64,000 bases of DNA from Felis catus. Taxonomy: Eukaryota. The notes beneath the pieces are model-generated. The model was given only the letters and a program-made list of their open reading frames with translations, searched no databases and was not told where the DNA came from. Position 1 is the first letter of the stretch. Each line of letters starts with the position of its first letter. Shown in pieces: positions 1 to 13,060 of the stretch. Both the position numbers and the translations under genes were made by a program. Location of the stretch: the NCBI RefSeq assembly GCF_018350175.1, contig NC_058383.1, forward strand, positions 26,228,001 to 26,292,000. Reading direction: 5' to 3'.

Positions 1-455
1 GCAGTATCCAAGGGGCAGTGTTGAATATTTATTCTTCAGTTCATGCTGCTCCCTGGACACACCTTGGTCACACACACCTTCCTCCCATTTGTACGATCCG
101 CCCTTTTTCCTATGAAGGCGATGAAGGCCATTTGCCCTTCTAAACCGCTTAAGTGACGTCACCCCACACCCTCTCTTATCTCTCCATACTTGAGCTTCTT
201 GCCCTGGTACTTTATTCTACCATCGTGTGGTCACTACCTGCCTTCCTGACATCTGTCCAACATGTTGTGACCTTATTAAAGTCAAGGGCTGTTCGCACAC
301 CTCATTGGTCCTCCGCCAATGTGTGATAGATGAATCTTAGCTAAAAGAAAAAAAAGCCCATGTGAACGCATGAGGTGGAAGAAAGTGAATTGACACGAGT
401 AATTACGAGTAATGACAAACAATCTTCCTGATCTCAGTATGAACAACCTAGACAC

Positions 456-832
456 TGTGGTGGGACCCGATGAGGTGGAGGCCTGAGGTGCAGGCGGTGA
501 AAGAATTCTGCTCAAGGCAGAACAAAGGAGATACAAGAGCTAGAAGTTTCTTGAATACATTGCAAGGGAGCAAAGTCCAGAGGCAGTGGTGGGGGGTGGG
601 GGGGAGGCTGGAGTTAAGGAGGAGAGGTGAGGACGTATGGAATGTATGGAATTTTCCTTTTTTGGTACCTGTGCCTAGTTGGAAGTAGCCCATTGGTCAG
701 CTAGGGCTCGTGCATGTTTTGAGGCGGTTGCCTCCTGAGCCTGTTAGCATTCAGCCCAGTGGTCACTGGGGGCACTTTTACCTTACTTAAGTTTCCATTG
801 CTCAAGCCTCTTGCCTAAAAGAGGCTTCTACA
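456..832 (-). mobile_element. Solo LTR, probably carnivore-specific
   Basis: TG...CA termini (tgtggtggg...gcttctaca), 377 bp. Near-perfect 5-bp TSD gacac (451-455) / gaaac (833-837). Degenerate minus-strand poly(A) signal region near 545. Confidence 0.65.
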
Positions 833-1036
833 GAAACTTCTGGATGAAAGGATGAAGTCAGGCAGGAGAGTCAACCTTTGAGTGTCCTCTTGTGCGTCTG
901 CATCCCAAACCCGGGATGAGCCTGGCCAACATTTAACCTGTGGCCGTGTCTCAAGTCTTCTTCCTCAAAATGCTTTTATTTTTTGCTGCTGTGTTTTGTT
1001 TCTTTAGAATTTCTCTTCATGTGACTTTCTTCCTTA

Positions 1037-1240
1037 AAAAAAAATTATTCATTTATTTTTGAGAGAGAGAGAGTCCATGTGCATACATGTGCTCCTGTGA
1101 GCAGGGGAGGGACAGAGAGAGAGAGAGAGGGAGAGAGAGAATCCCCAGCAGGCTGGCTCTGTGCTGTCAGCACGGAGCCCAACTCAGGAACAGTGAGATC
1201 GTGACCTGAGCTGAAATCAAGAGTTAGACGCTTAACCGAC
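1037..1240 (-). mobile_element. CAN-SINE, 5' truncated
   Basis: T-rich tail, (GA)n tract, and the gtcagcacggagccc...gagatcgtgacctgagctgaaatcaagag core. Confidence 0.85.
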
Positions 1241-2445
1241 TTTCTTCCTTTTTTAAAATGTCGATTACATTTCTGGGGCTATACAGAATTTTCTAACTCT
1301 TAATCCTGGAACACTTAACTGGGCATGCTCCATCAGAGTCAACCCTGAGATTAAAAACAAATGTGCATCTGTTCTACCCAGCCTTCCCAAAGCAGGAGCT
1401 CCACGGCTGGCCTGGGGGATAAATGTCTTTTAAAAACTCACATAGGGGCTCTGATGTGCAGGCCCGGTTAAGAATCAGTGGTTTCATTCCAAGGGCTTGA
1501 TTTTAAATCTGCCCCCGAATAGACGCTTTTCCCCTGCTTTACATTTTATTTTTCCAGGCTGATTCGGGATTTCCATTCTGTTCCATTTCTTTCCTGCGCT
1601 GTTTTCTGCTGAGATGTGACTTGTAGTTCCAGTGTTCTCCGGCCCATTCAGTGCCATGACAGCTGGAAACACGGTCTTCATCAGGTGGAAACAATGGTGA
1701 AGAGCGATGCTCCCCGTTCTGCTGGGGGTGGGGGTGGGGAGCAGCCTTTGTGTGATGTTTTCCATGCCTAGCTTCCAACTGGCCTTATTGAAACAATGAA
1801 ACACTGTGTGGAGATGCCACCTGTTGCCCTTGGTTGCTGATGCTCTGTGTAGTGTACATGCTTAAATAAGACGTGGCCACTAAATGAATAATTATCTCAA
1901 TTATTTGGTTTTAAGGGAGCATATTATTATAAGTACTGTGGAGCAAACAAAAACAAAACCTTTAGAACATGAACTTCAGTCCTTTTTTATAACATTTAGA
2001 AGAGACCCAAAACATCTCATCTCTGCTGTAAAAGGAACTATTAGTTCTGCTAAATGAAAAACCCAGAGGTTGTTCTCTTCAGCTATGGTTTGATACAGGA
2101 GCGCAAACCAAATACTTGGCTTCTCTCTCTCCTCTCTGCTTTCCAGTGTCGATATCAGGCTCACAATGACCCGCCAGGGGCCCTCCCCACGTGTGGCGGC
2201 AGAATTACTGCAACACTTCCATGCATCACCTCCTAACACTGCTCCAGCCACTAGAAAGAAGATCTCTTCCTCTGGCTTCTGCAGAAGAGAGAAAACTTTG
2301 CTTTCCCAGAGTCCACAGCACACACCCGTCCCTCACCTCTAGGCTCATTTTTCTCCCATCAGGTCACACTCCTCACCATCAGCCAATCACTGTGGTCCAG
2401 GAGATTGTGGTGCTCTCTTTGGCCATCCTTAGACACATGGTTGCT

Positions 2446-2652
2446 TTTTTTTTAATGTTTATTTATTTTTGAGAGACCAGACAGAGCACGAGTGGGGGAG
2501 GGGCAGAGAGAGAGGGAGACACAGAATCTGAAGCAGCTCCAGGCTCCCAGCTGTCAGCACAGAGCCCAATGTGGGGCTTGAACTCGTGAACCATGAGATC
2601 ATGACCGAGGCCAAAGTCGGTTGTTTAACGGACTGAGCTGCCCAGGTGCCCC
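2446..2652 (-). mobile_element. CAN-SINE (SINEC_Fc-like)
   Basis: Complete body ending in cccaggtgcccc. Diverged TSD cacatggttgct / cacgtggttgct. Confidence 0.9.
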
Positions 2653-3119
2653 TCCAGTCACGTGGTTGCTCTTGAAACAAATGGAGTGGGGACACCTCCA
2701 CCCAACCCACATGGGCCAAGAGTAGGGGAAGGGTGGTTTCCACAAAGGAAGTCAGAATTCCCTCACCAGGAGGAGGGAGAACGGATGTTGGGGAAGAAAA
2801 AGGCCTGTTGTTCCCTGAGCCCTGGGGGTCATGATGGAGACAAAACTTGAGTGAAGGTAAATGGGGCAGCGGGTTTAGGATGGACTACGTACAGCAGGGA
2901 GGACTGACACCAGTGGGGGGACATTAGGATAGTGCTCCCGTTTAGCATGGTGAGGACCTGGGTGAGAGCTCTGTGGTTGCAGGCAGAGTAGCATAACAGT
3001 TCACAACACCTGGGTGTGGATTCTTGCTCTGCTACTTAGTGGGTGTTACCTAACCTCTCTGTGCCTTAATTTCCCCACTTGTAAAATGATTGCACCTGGG
3101 TTGTCACGGATGACCCTGA

Positions 3120-3600
3120 AAACAACATGCGAAGTGGAAGAAGTCAATCACAAAGGACCACAAATTATGGTTCCATTGACACGAAACATCCAAAGTAGGC
3201 AAATCAATAGATTCAGGAAGTAGATTAATATTGCCTCCGTTTGGGGCAACAGAGATGTTGGGAGGTGATGGCTACGGGGTTCAGGGTTCTTTTGGGGGTA
3301 AGAAGTATGTTCTAAGACCGTGGGGATGGTTGCACAACTGTGTGAATGGATAGAAGACACTGAATTGAGACTTAAATTGGTGAATTGTAGGATATGTGAA
3401 TTATATCTCAATAAATCTGTGGATTTTTAAAATTATTTATTTATTTTGAGAGAGACAGAGAGCATGGGCAGGGGAGGGGCAGAGAGAGAGGAGAGAGAGA
3501 GAGAATCCCAAGCAGGACACGGGGCTCAGTCCCACGAACCACAACCCAAGCCTAAATCAAGAGTTGGACACCCAACTGAGTGAGCCACCCAGGTGCCCCC
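3120..3600. mobile_element. Old L1M 3'-end fragment (+), followed by a CAN-SINE (-, 3424-3600)
   Basis: L1M 3' UTR phrases (gttgcacaactgtgtgaat...gtgaattatatctcaataaa), then a SINE body. Confidence 0.75.
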
Positions 3601-3904
3601 AAATTGTGTGTTTTTTAAAAGTCATAAGCGTCAAGTGCTTTTAATCGCACCTGGCACATCCTCTCTTCCTGCTCCATCAGGCCCAGAGGTCACGGTTGCT
3701 TCTGACTGATGTAGGCCCTAAGGGACTGTAGACCAGCCCTCAAGTCTAAGTTTCCTTTATCCTGCCCTCGCCTTTCTGAATAGTCCCATCATAAACTCCC
3801 TGTATTAGCCTCTTTTGAGTGTGCCTCTCTTTGCTGCCAGGACTCTGACCGTGTAGAGACCGCCTCTCCAGAAGAAGAGCGGGAATTGTTGGCTAATCAG
3901 AAAG

Positions 3905-4354
3905 GACTTGTCAATTTTTGTGTTCAGTTGACTGGGCCACAGGGTGCCCAGACATTTGGCTAAAGATGATTCTAGGTGTCTCTGTAAGGGTGTTTTTTTG
4001 TTGAGATTAACATTTGAATTGGTAGACTGAGTAGAGCAGGATGCTCTCCTTGACGTGGGTGGGCCTCATCTAATCAGTCGAAGGCCTAGATAGAACATAA
4101 AGCCTGTCTCTCCTGAAAGTAGGAGGGAACCCCTTCTCCCTGACTGCTGGATGGGGACATTGGTCTTCTCCTGACTCAGGACTTGCGTTGGAACATCAGC
4201 TCTTTGGTCTTTTGCAGGTTCGAGCTAAACCACTGGCCCTCCCGGGTCTCCAGCTTACAGACGACAGATCTTGGGACTTAACAGACATGAGTCTCTTTTT
4301 TCTGTATATGTAGATCCTTTTGGTTCTGTTTCTCGGGAGAACCCTGACTAACAC
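3905..4354 (+). mobile_element. MLT2-type ERVL LTR
   Basis: Typical motifs ttgactgggccacagggtgcccagacatttgg...tggttctgtttctcgggagaaccctgactaacaca. Confidence 0.8.
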
Positions 4355-4716
4355 AGGACCTAAAGAAAAGATGAGTCAGTGATGAGTTTCAGGCGAAATG
4401 ACTGGGAAAACAGTCAAAATATAGGACAGAAATAAGGAAATCAAATCAAGGGAAGTGGTTGCTTTGTGGAAAATTTTTTTTGTAAACATTTATTTAACAT
4501 CTGCCCTGTACCAGATAGAGTGGCAGCCGCTGGGGTTGAAAGAGCCACCCAGTTGACTAAACTAGACACCCGATTCATCCTTGACTGTATCTCCAGCCTC
4601 ACTCTCAATACTGAATTAATCTCAAGATCTGTGATTTTACCTCCTTGAATTGCTTTCAAATTCATTTCTTTGGCAGGTAGAGAGGGCTTCCATTGGAATT
4701 ACCATCCCCCAACCCT

Positions 4717-4878
4717 TTTATTTTTTTATTAATTAGTTAATTAATTAATTAATTTTTAGGGAGGCTCCCTGCCTAGCATGGAGCCCAGTTTGGGGCTTGC
4801 ACTCACGACCCTGAGATCAAGACCTGAGCTGAGATCAAGGGTCTGACACTTAACCGACTGAGCCACCCAGGATCTCCC
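4717..4878 (-). mobile_element. Older short CAN-SINE
   Basis: ggggcttgcactcacgaccctgagatcaagacctgagctgagatcaag...gagccacccagg. Confidence 0.8.
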
Positions 4879-5285
4879 CTCCCCCAATCCTTTTAGATCC
4901 ATAACATTTTGTAATGACTTCACTCAGGGTTCAGCAGGACCATGGACATATTTGAGGTATTTGGAGAGCTTTTGTACGTAGAATTAGAAAATAGAAAGTC
5001 ACAGGTATCGATCAAAGTACATGGAAATAAGGTTTATTTTGCAATTCCATATTAAGGGGATAAGGAAGGGTGTGGCTAACAATGTGAAGTGTTTGTTAGG
5101 GGATGAGACGGTGTCTGAAGAAAAATTATCTGCAATTTTTCTGCAAAATGCCATTAGTCAAAACAGGGCCCAGAGTAAGGGAAAGATGGGTGGAGGACAG
5201 GGGATACCTCCAGAGAGAGAGGAAAAAGGTGCCCTGGGTGTCCTGGGTGACAGCCAAGACTGAGAGTCCCCTCACACTTCATACT

Positions 5286-5529
5286 TTTTTTTTTAAGTTT
5301 ATTTATATTTATTTATTGTTGAGAGAGAGAGAGACAGATTGTGAGCAGGGGAGGGGCAGAGAGAGACGAAGACACAGAATTGGAAGCAGGCTCCAGGCTG
5401 AGCTGTCAGCACAGAGCCCAATGTGGGGCCTGAACCCACAAACTGCGAGATCATGACCCTAAGCCAAAGTTGGATGCTCAATCAAGTGAGCCACCCAGGC
5501 GCCCCTTTAAGTTTATTTTTATTTATTTT

Positions 5530-5565
<36 letters not shown>

Positions 5566-5716
5566 GTGCGCGAGCATGAGTGGGGGAGGGGCAGAGAGAA
5601 GGGGAGACAGAATCCCAAAGCTGTGGCAGTGCAGAGCCTGAAGTGTGGCTTAAACTCATGAACTGCAAGATCGTGACCTGAGCCAAAGTCACCGAATGAG
5701 CCATCCGGGTGCCCCC
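5286..5716 (-). mobile_element. Two nested CAN-SINEs (5286-5505 inserted in the tail of 5506-5716)
   Basis: Outer TSD cacacttcatacttt on both sides; inner TSD tttaagtttattt. Confidence 0.85.
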
Positions 5717-6734
5717 ACACTTCATACTTTGTCCCCCTCTGAGAGAAGGGTATCTTAAGAAGCCACAGCAAGGAGGGACAGCTTGGACCACCCCTGTCTC
5801 CTTGGAGCCCTGTAGGGTATCATGTTGTCCACCGATTTCCAAGGGAGCCCAGGGGAGGCGCTCAGACTGAGATCACCTCAGGTGAGGGAGGTGGGAGGTT
5901 GTCCATTCTCTGCTGAGTGAATCCAACAGCAGGAAGCCTTTTCTCCCTCCGCCCCCTTTCCTTCTTTTTGTTCTAGATGACCAGAGATGAGAGAAAGAAT
6001 AAATCACTTTACAAAAGAGACGCTGCTTTTGGTATTAATTTCTAGGCAGTGAAGCTAGAGAGTATTTGGAAGTTGTTATCATATTAAAAAAAAATCAAAC
6101 CCCTGCCATTTTCTCTGCATTCCTATCACCTCTTCACAAGTATTGGCCGCTGTCATCTCTTACCTGATGCCTCAGTCTCCACGTTGGGCTCTGTGCAGCC
6201 TGCATTCTCTCCCTCCACATTGCAATGGGATGGGCCCACGTGACTATATTCGGGCCAGAAAAATACAAGCAGAAGTTCTTAGGTGGGGTTTTGGGAAAGC
6301 GTCTTAAGGAATGGGGCAAAGAGCTAAAACTGGCTTTTGTTTTTCCCCTTCCCCCAAATCTTGCTTCCACGAGGGATGTGGATATGATGGCTGGAACTCC
6401 AGCATCTGTTCTGAAGACACAGTTCCGCACGTGCAAAATGACACGTGTACAGGGATGTTTGCTGCAGTGCTATTCACAACAGCAAAAGATTGTAACCCAC
6501 CTCAGTACCTGTTAGGAGGGGACCAGCCAAACAACTTAAGACTCAGCCATATCGGGGATGACCCTGCAACCATTAAAAAGAATGAGGTGGCTCTATTTGT
6601 TGTAATATGGAAAAATCTCTAAGACTTACTATACTGGGGCTACGCAAAGATGCAGAACAGTGAATTACAAGTATATATAAGTATAGTTCAAATCCCAGAT
6701 GAACCACTTCACTAGCCTGATGAGGTTGTAGGTC

Positions 6735-6945
6735 AGGGGTCAGGGAACTACAGTCAGGGAGCTAAATCTAGCTGTTATTGTACATCAGTTTTTATTGAAA
6801 CACAGCCCTGTCCTTCATTTACAGGTCTATGGTTGCTTTCCCTCCAGAAAGACAGACTTTGACACCTGCAACAGAATCCGTATGGCCACCAAACATTAGT
6901 TTTTTATCTACTGGCCCTTTACAGAAAGCATTTGTAAACTCCGAT
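6735..6945. mobile_element. MER58-like hAT-Charlie MITE
   Basis: caggggtcagggaactac...ttttattgaaacacagcc...ctggccctttacagaaa pattern. Confidence 0.7.
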
Positions 6946-7222
6946 CTAGACCTTGCTCTCGTTCTCTCTAAAATGGGTTGATAGAAACATGCCTTGGTTC
7001 ACAGGGATTGTAAGGATTATGGAACACAACGAACATAAAAACTACTTAGTATTTATAGTAAATCCTCAATAAACATAGGTAATTATTAAGATTTTCTCAT
7101 TGATCTTATTCTCATTTCTTCCAATAGAAATTTCCCTGTAGCTATTTAATGAATATAAGTTGTCTGTTTTTGCAGATCTAAGTAAATTGCTTAGCTATTA
7201 AAGAATAGTTTCCAAATCTAGG

Positions 7223-7223
<1 letters not shown>

Positions 7224-7270
<47 letters not shown>
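7224..7270 (+). repeat. (GT)n microsatellite, ~23 units
   Basis: Direct reading. Confidence 0.98.
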
Positions 7271-7276
<6 letters not shown>

Positions 7277-9632
7277 AGCTGGCCCTGAGTTAAGGGTAGG
7301 AAACCAATATTTGTTAAGCCCCTACTATGTGCCAGGTGTGGGATGAATGCTTCCCATGTGTTACGTCACTGAAGTTTTATTACCCAGGAAAGGACACATG
7401 ACGCTCAGAAAGAAGGGATAAGTAGTCAATGACACCGTTACCAAGTCCCTGAGCTGGGACTCAAATCCAATGCTGCTTCCCTCCAAAGCACATGCTCTCT
7501 CCATTATAGAAGCACCTAACTGTTGAGCTGTGTCCACTTCAAGGCAAGATCTTGAACCACTGCATGCCTCGCTGACAGCCCTGGCCAATGCCTCTTGTCC
7601 AACGTATTTATCCATGGTAACCGTTTTCCCTCTCAAGAGCGAGTTCGGACAATAAATTCTGTGGTCCCCACTGTAATGTAGAAGGCTGAAAATATCAGCT
7701 CAGTGAGGGCTGAGGTCTTTGTTCTGTTTCCTGAGTGCACTTGGAACACGTAGGTGTTCTAAGCACCTAGGACAGAGGATGGCACATAGTAAGTAGGTGG
7801 TCAATAGGTGTGTGTTGAATTGATGGATGTTGAATGGATGATCAGTAACCCCCACAGGTAGCTGCCACGTAAACAAAAGCTGCACAGTGGGAAGAGGGTT
7901 GTTCTGTTAAAATAACTCCGAACATGCCTGGACACCTGGCTCTTGGTCCCTCTACGGGGTTACAGCAAACTGTGCCTAGTTTGGGTTTGGGGTTTTCAGT
8001 GATACATATTGAACACCCACTTCGTATGGGATATGGACCAGTTGGGCATCCCGGATAAACGAGGTGAGTATTGTTCAAGGCCTCGTAAAGAAAGGGGGTG
8101 TTGGGGAAGGGGCCTCTCATGCAGGGTCAGAAATTAAACACACGAAAGTGAGCCCTGGGGTGGCCTTGCCAAAGAAAAGGGACGTAGATTATGTGCTCAG
8201 CACAGCCATGACATGAAGGCAAGGCTGATAACCCCTCCCTTTTATGCACACAGTGTGTCATGGGCCACTTCCAGCTGCAGAAGAAAGCCTGACCTTTGCA
8301 GAGGGGCTATAAAAAGACAGCCGAGCTCGCTCCTTGTCTCCCCACGATGTACCTTTAACAAAGGAAGAGAAGTGAAGGATCTCTTGTGTTCAAGTGAAAT
8401 GTATGTGAAGGCGACTTGGCGTTTTGTCAAGCTAATGGCCAGAGCACAGAACGACAAACAAGATGCTGCTTTGGCTGGGATGGCCTCACGTGGCCCGGCG
8501 AGAGTCGGACAGTGGGGCTGCCAGCCGAGAGGGGCATCTTTTACGCCAGCTTTCCAGCACCATCAGACCGGGGCAGGGGACGGTTCTAGAAGATGCTCGA
8601 GAACTCCAGAGCCAGGAGTCCGAGATCACTGACAAAGCTAATTCTCAAAGACTTAGAAATCACATCTACATCTGCGAGGGGCTCAGATGGATAGGTTGAA
8701 GGGTGTCGTACCCTCCAGTGAGAGCATTCCAAGCGGCCAAGGACTAAAACATCCCAGAGGATGACAGTTGCTGAAGGTTCAGAGAAAGTGAGCAACCTGT
8801 TCGTTCTCCCCATCCCTTGCAGCCTAGGGATGGGATGCGGGAGGCTCGAGTCCGCAAGGATGACGAAAAGACACGTGTTGTCAGGCACCCTTGAAATAAT
8901 TTCTTAAATTCCTAGAATATGCAACATTGTACTATCTCCATACACCTGGTTTATTTTTTTCCAGGGCTGGAACGGGTCGCTGCATTTCTGTGGTCGAGCT
9001 CAATACGTTGTTTCCTGGGACCTTACTGAAGGAAATAGCAGTCTTTGAATATTAGTCACACCCAGGAGGTGGAAATTAGATAGAGGGAGGTGACAAGCAG
9101 ATTGTCAGCTTCCATCTCACATTTAATTATGAGCCATGTGCCCGATGGAGTCAAGGGCAGATGGGTGGCTTTCCTGCAATAAATGTTAATATGTAATTCT
9201 CCTATCCCCCCTTTTCCTCCCCCCTCCCCATCCCCTGCTCCCCTATCTTTCTGCCAAGCCGTAGCACAGTCACCTCTGTCTAGCATTCCGTGGGGTCAGA
9301 AAAGTTCTCGCATCCTGGTGCAGGCCCTTGTTTTCTCCAAGCCTTTAGATTTCGCAGGCTGGTAAAATAGATTCAACAAATATTTATTTATTGAGCGATT
9401 CTTGTGCCAGGCGCTGAGGAGATAACAGAGCACAACACAGATAAAAACCCTGCCCACATTCCAGTGCCAGAGGGAAGTGATTTGGGACTCTGACCTAGGA
9501 TTGCCCGCTTTTCACTTTGCTAAGTTAGGACTTAAGGAGAGAGACAGACCTCCTGTGATCATTATGATCAATTTCTCCTTAGGAGAAGATGGTTTTTTTA
9601 ACCTTCATCAGAGTGAAAGGGCATACTCTTAT

Positions 9633-9973
9633 TATTTTTTAAAAAGCTTTTGTTAAAAAAAATTTTTTTTAATGTCCATTTATTTTTGAGAGACAGAGAT
9701 ACAGAGTGTGAGTGGGGGGAGGGGCAGAGAGAGAGGGAAAGAGAATCCCAAGCAGGCTTTGCACTGTCAGCACAGAGCCGAGTGTGAGGCTCGATCTCAC
9801 GAACTGTGAGATCATGACCTGAGTGGAAACCAAGAGTCGGACTCTTAACTGACTAAGCCACCCAGGTACCCCTAAAAGCCCTTAAGTAATCTCTACACCC
9901 AATGTGGGGTTCAAACTTACAACCCTGAGATCAAGAGTCACATACTCCACTAAATGAGCCAGCCAGGCTCCCC
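9633..9973 (-). mobile_element. CAN-SINE (~9648-9872) nested in the tail of an older short CAN-SINE
   Basis: Outer TSD ggcatactctta (9620-9631 / 9975-9986); two SINE heads ending in cccaggtacccc and ccaggctcccc. Confidence 0.85.
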
Positions 9974-10369
9974 AGGCATACTCTTAAAGGACAAATTTTT
10001 TTTCAATGGTTTTATTAGAACCTTATTATATGCAAGTATAAGTTGTTGGGATTCAGCTACATAAACAAAACCGCCTTGGGTGTGGGAGAGAGCACTTTAA
10101 ATAGTGTGGACAATTTTGCTCACTCCTTTACTTAAAGAGCTGGCTTCCCCTGGTCTGCCATTTTCCATGTCTTACGATGGCTCCCTCACCATGCTGAATG
10201 CTTAAAGATATGTATTATTTATACAACTTGGTCGATAACTCAAACCAACTCCTTCATCAGGTGCTCAACTGATGGTTTCAAAGTTGGAGAAACATCAGAC
10301 TGTGAGGGTCAGCGAGAGACAGAATATCAGTTTCCAAGACAGCAACTTTCTAATAGATTTTGAAATGTA

Positions 10370-10745
10370 TTTTCTTCTTTCAACATTATATTGAAAACAG
10401 TTTTCAAGCATACAGAGGAACCAAATGAATTGTGCAGAGGACGCCCACTACTGCCACTTAGATTCTACTGTGAATGTTTAACTCGACTTGCTTTCTCATG
10501 TCTGTTCGTTTATCCAGCCCCCTCTCCACCCATCATTCCAGCTCGTCTTCTTGGTACATTTCAAAGGCAGCGGCTGAAATCAGTACACATCACCCCTAAA
10601 CACTTCACCATGCATTTCATTCCCTAGAATCCAATTTGTGTTTATGATTTTTTTTTTTGAGGTAAAACTGAGATACAGTGAAATGCACAAGTCTGAAGTG
10701 GACTCTTCAATGAGTTTTGACAAATGTGTAATCCAAATCCCTGTG
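10370..10745 (-). mobile_element. Old L1M fragments
   Basis: Phrases acatcacccctaaacacttcaccatgcat and gaggtaaaactgagatacagtgaaatgcacaa typical of L1MC/MD 3' ends. Confidence 0.6.
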
Positions 10746-12071
10746 CTGATCTATCAAGGGTAATTTAAACGAAATGCAATTTTTCTTCTGCTATGTGATG
10801 ACTTTGAAATGCCCCTACCCAGTGAGACGAGACTCCACTGTAAATTGAACCTTATGAAAAATTCTCTTCACATTCTCTTCACATTTTGCTTTTTTGCCCC
10901 AGACCCTGGAAAACATCCTCAGATGTCCGTTTGGAAGCAATTGAGGCAGTTTGTGGGGTGGTTCAAGTTATCAGCATAAGAAGCATGGGTCTGAATCCCA
11001 GCTTTTCCAGTTTCTGGCTCTATGAACTAGGGCAAAGTATGTAGTGTGCCTATATGCCTCAGTTTCCCCATCTACAAAATAGAGGTAAAGATAGAACCTC
11101 CCTCATAAGGTTGTTCTGTGTGAATGAGTTAAATGATATAACGGCCTTAATTAGAACATTGCCCACCAAGCAGCAGACATTCAGGACAGGCTGACCTGTA
11201 TCACCACATTGGTAGCAGGAGACAGGGAAGGAGCTCTCGTATCTGACTCATTGACTTTGTAGACAGTGGCTTTTGGAACTCAGTGATTTTATGGTCCTCT
11301 CCGTTCTGAGTCTCTCTGGCTGAGTTGGCCTTCCAGCCAGAAATTTAATGACTGTCAAAATTCTCACCATGACATCACCAGACAATGTCAGTGGGAAGTC
11401 TGTGTCCATAAAATGACTCAAACTGGAAGAGCTGGAGCAGGTGGGGGATCGGGTTCTTACTCTTTAATTGTGTTGGGTTTTAGTGTAAATCTCATGGCCT
11501 TGAATTTAATATTGCGCCATTTTATTGGCACCAAATTGCATTACAGACTCATTAGCTCTCTCTTGGCCCTTCATCTCTGCCGGACCAAAGCTTTCCTTTG
11601 ACTGATGTTGGTTTCATTATTCAGGACTCTGAAACAAAGAGTGTCTTTGAAAATGGAGATCAGGGAAGGACACTTTCTGGTGGACAAGCTCTTTATCGAT
11701 GTAGGGATGCTTTGCTAGACTTCTGAAGGAAGACTCATTCATTGTTTCTTTCATTCAGTCAGCCATTCAACGATTAGTAATTGAGTATGTGCAAGACAGT
11801 TATGGTCCCGTTTGCAAAAACTCTCACAATATATTTAAAAATACAAGCACTTATTTAGTAATCACACAAATAATGAATCACAATCAGGATAGAACTCATC
11901 TCACAGCAGCCCTTGGAGCAGATCCTATTGGTTGCCTGCTATGGCAAAGGCTGATAATTGTCCCCTAATATTTATTTCCTTTCTTTTCTGTAGTCACAAA
12001 ACACTTATTTTTAGCAGGATACATGCTATCTAGGGTAATGACTACATTTCCCAGCCTCCTTTGCTGTTCTA

Positions 12072-12832
12072 TGTGAGAAGTAAGGGAGATGGTCCATTTT
12101 CAGAAATACCAAATAAAAGCTGTGCTGTCTAGTTAACAATAGGTTTACCACCTACCGGAAATATATGAGTCCTCCACCCACCCACGATAGAGTCCTAAAC
12201 CCTTACACACTTCACTTCCTGGTTCTTTTTCCCCCTTTCCATTTCGCGGGCTTATTTTCATGGGCTTTGCAATGAGCTTGAGCCAAAGAACAAAGGAGGG
12301 ACTGAAAGTCTCTGTGTGTTGTCAGGAAATATACATTTGTTTCTTTTTTTTTTTTAATTTTTTTTCAACGTTTATTTATTTTTGGGACAGAGAGAGACAG
12401 AGCATGAATGGGGCAGGGGTAGAGAGAGAGGGAGACACAGAATCGGAAACAGGCTCCAGGCTCTGAGCCATCAGCCCAGAGCCTGATGCGGGGCTCGAAC
12501 TCACGGACCGCGAGATCGTGACCTGGCTGAAGTCGGACGCTTAACCGACTGCGCCACCCAGGCACCCCTATACATTTGTTACAATCAGACTACTTTTTGC
12601 CTTACACAGGCATAGGTGACATTTGGGGTAAGGCTGTAACCTCTGTGGTACTCAGCCAATGAGGAATCAGGGGAGGGCCTTGCACCCTAAGAGATAAATT
12701 GTCTGCTGTAACTGCCCTGAGTGCACCTGTCCATCTGACACCCACTCTCGCAAGACCATTGATTAAAGCCTCACTTCACTGTGCTCCGAGGCACCACGTC
12801 CCTCCTTTGGGTCAGTGGCCTTATTTCTCACA
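12072..12832 (+). mobile_element. Solo ERVL LTR (MER54/73/74-like) interrupted by a young SINE and inserted into an MLT1 element
   Basis: Inverted termini tgtgagaagtaa...ttatttctcaca; perfect 5-bp TSD ttcta (12067-12071 / 12833-12837); CCAAT, GATAAA and ATTAAA in LTR order. Confidence 0.8.
12342..12568 (-). mobile_element. Young felid SINEC_Fc
   Basis: Diagnostic ccatcagcccagagcc / gacctggctgaagtcggacg / gactgcgccacc; CpGs retained; perfect TSD tatacatttgtt (12330-12341 / 12569-12580). Confidence 0.95.
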
Positions 12833-12869
12833 TTCTATAAGGCCGTGTATGATTCTAGGACCAATTCCA

Positions 12870-13060
12870 ATGTATGGAAGGGGGTTCTCTCATATCACCA
12901 AGCAATTGTCCAAAACTAGCTCGGTGTCCAACAACTCAACTCAATTCTGACATTATGTACCTGGAGACAGTCAGATTCCAGTCCCAAAAGAGGTCCCCTT
13001 ACCACCTCATTTTGGGTGCCATTTGCAAGACTAGGTTGTCACCTGTGCTTCTGCTATGAA
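12870..13060. mobile_element. MER21-like LTR fragment
   Basis: aactcaattctgacattatgtacctggagacagtcagattcc...ggttgtcacctgtgcttctg. Confidence 0.6.

Noticed and set aside
154..161. Perfect CRE TGACGTCA
   Set aside because: Isolated 8-mer in L2-like sequence with no promoter context.
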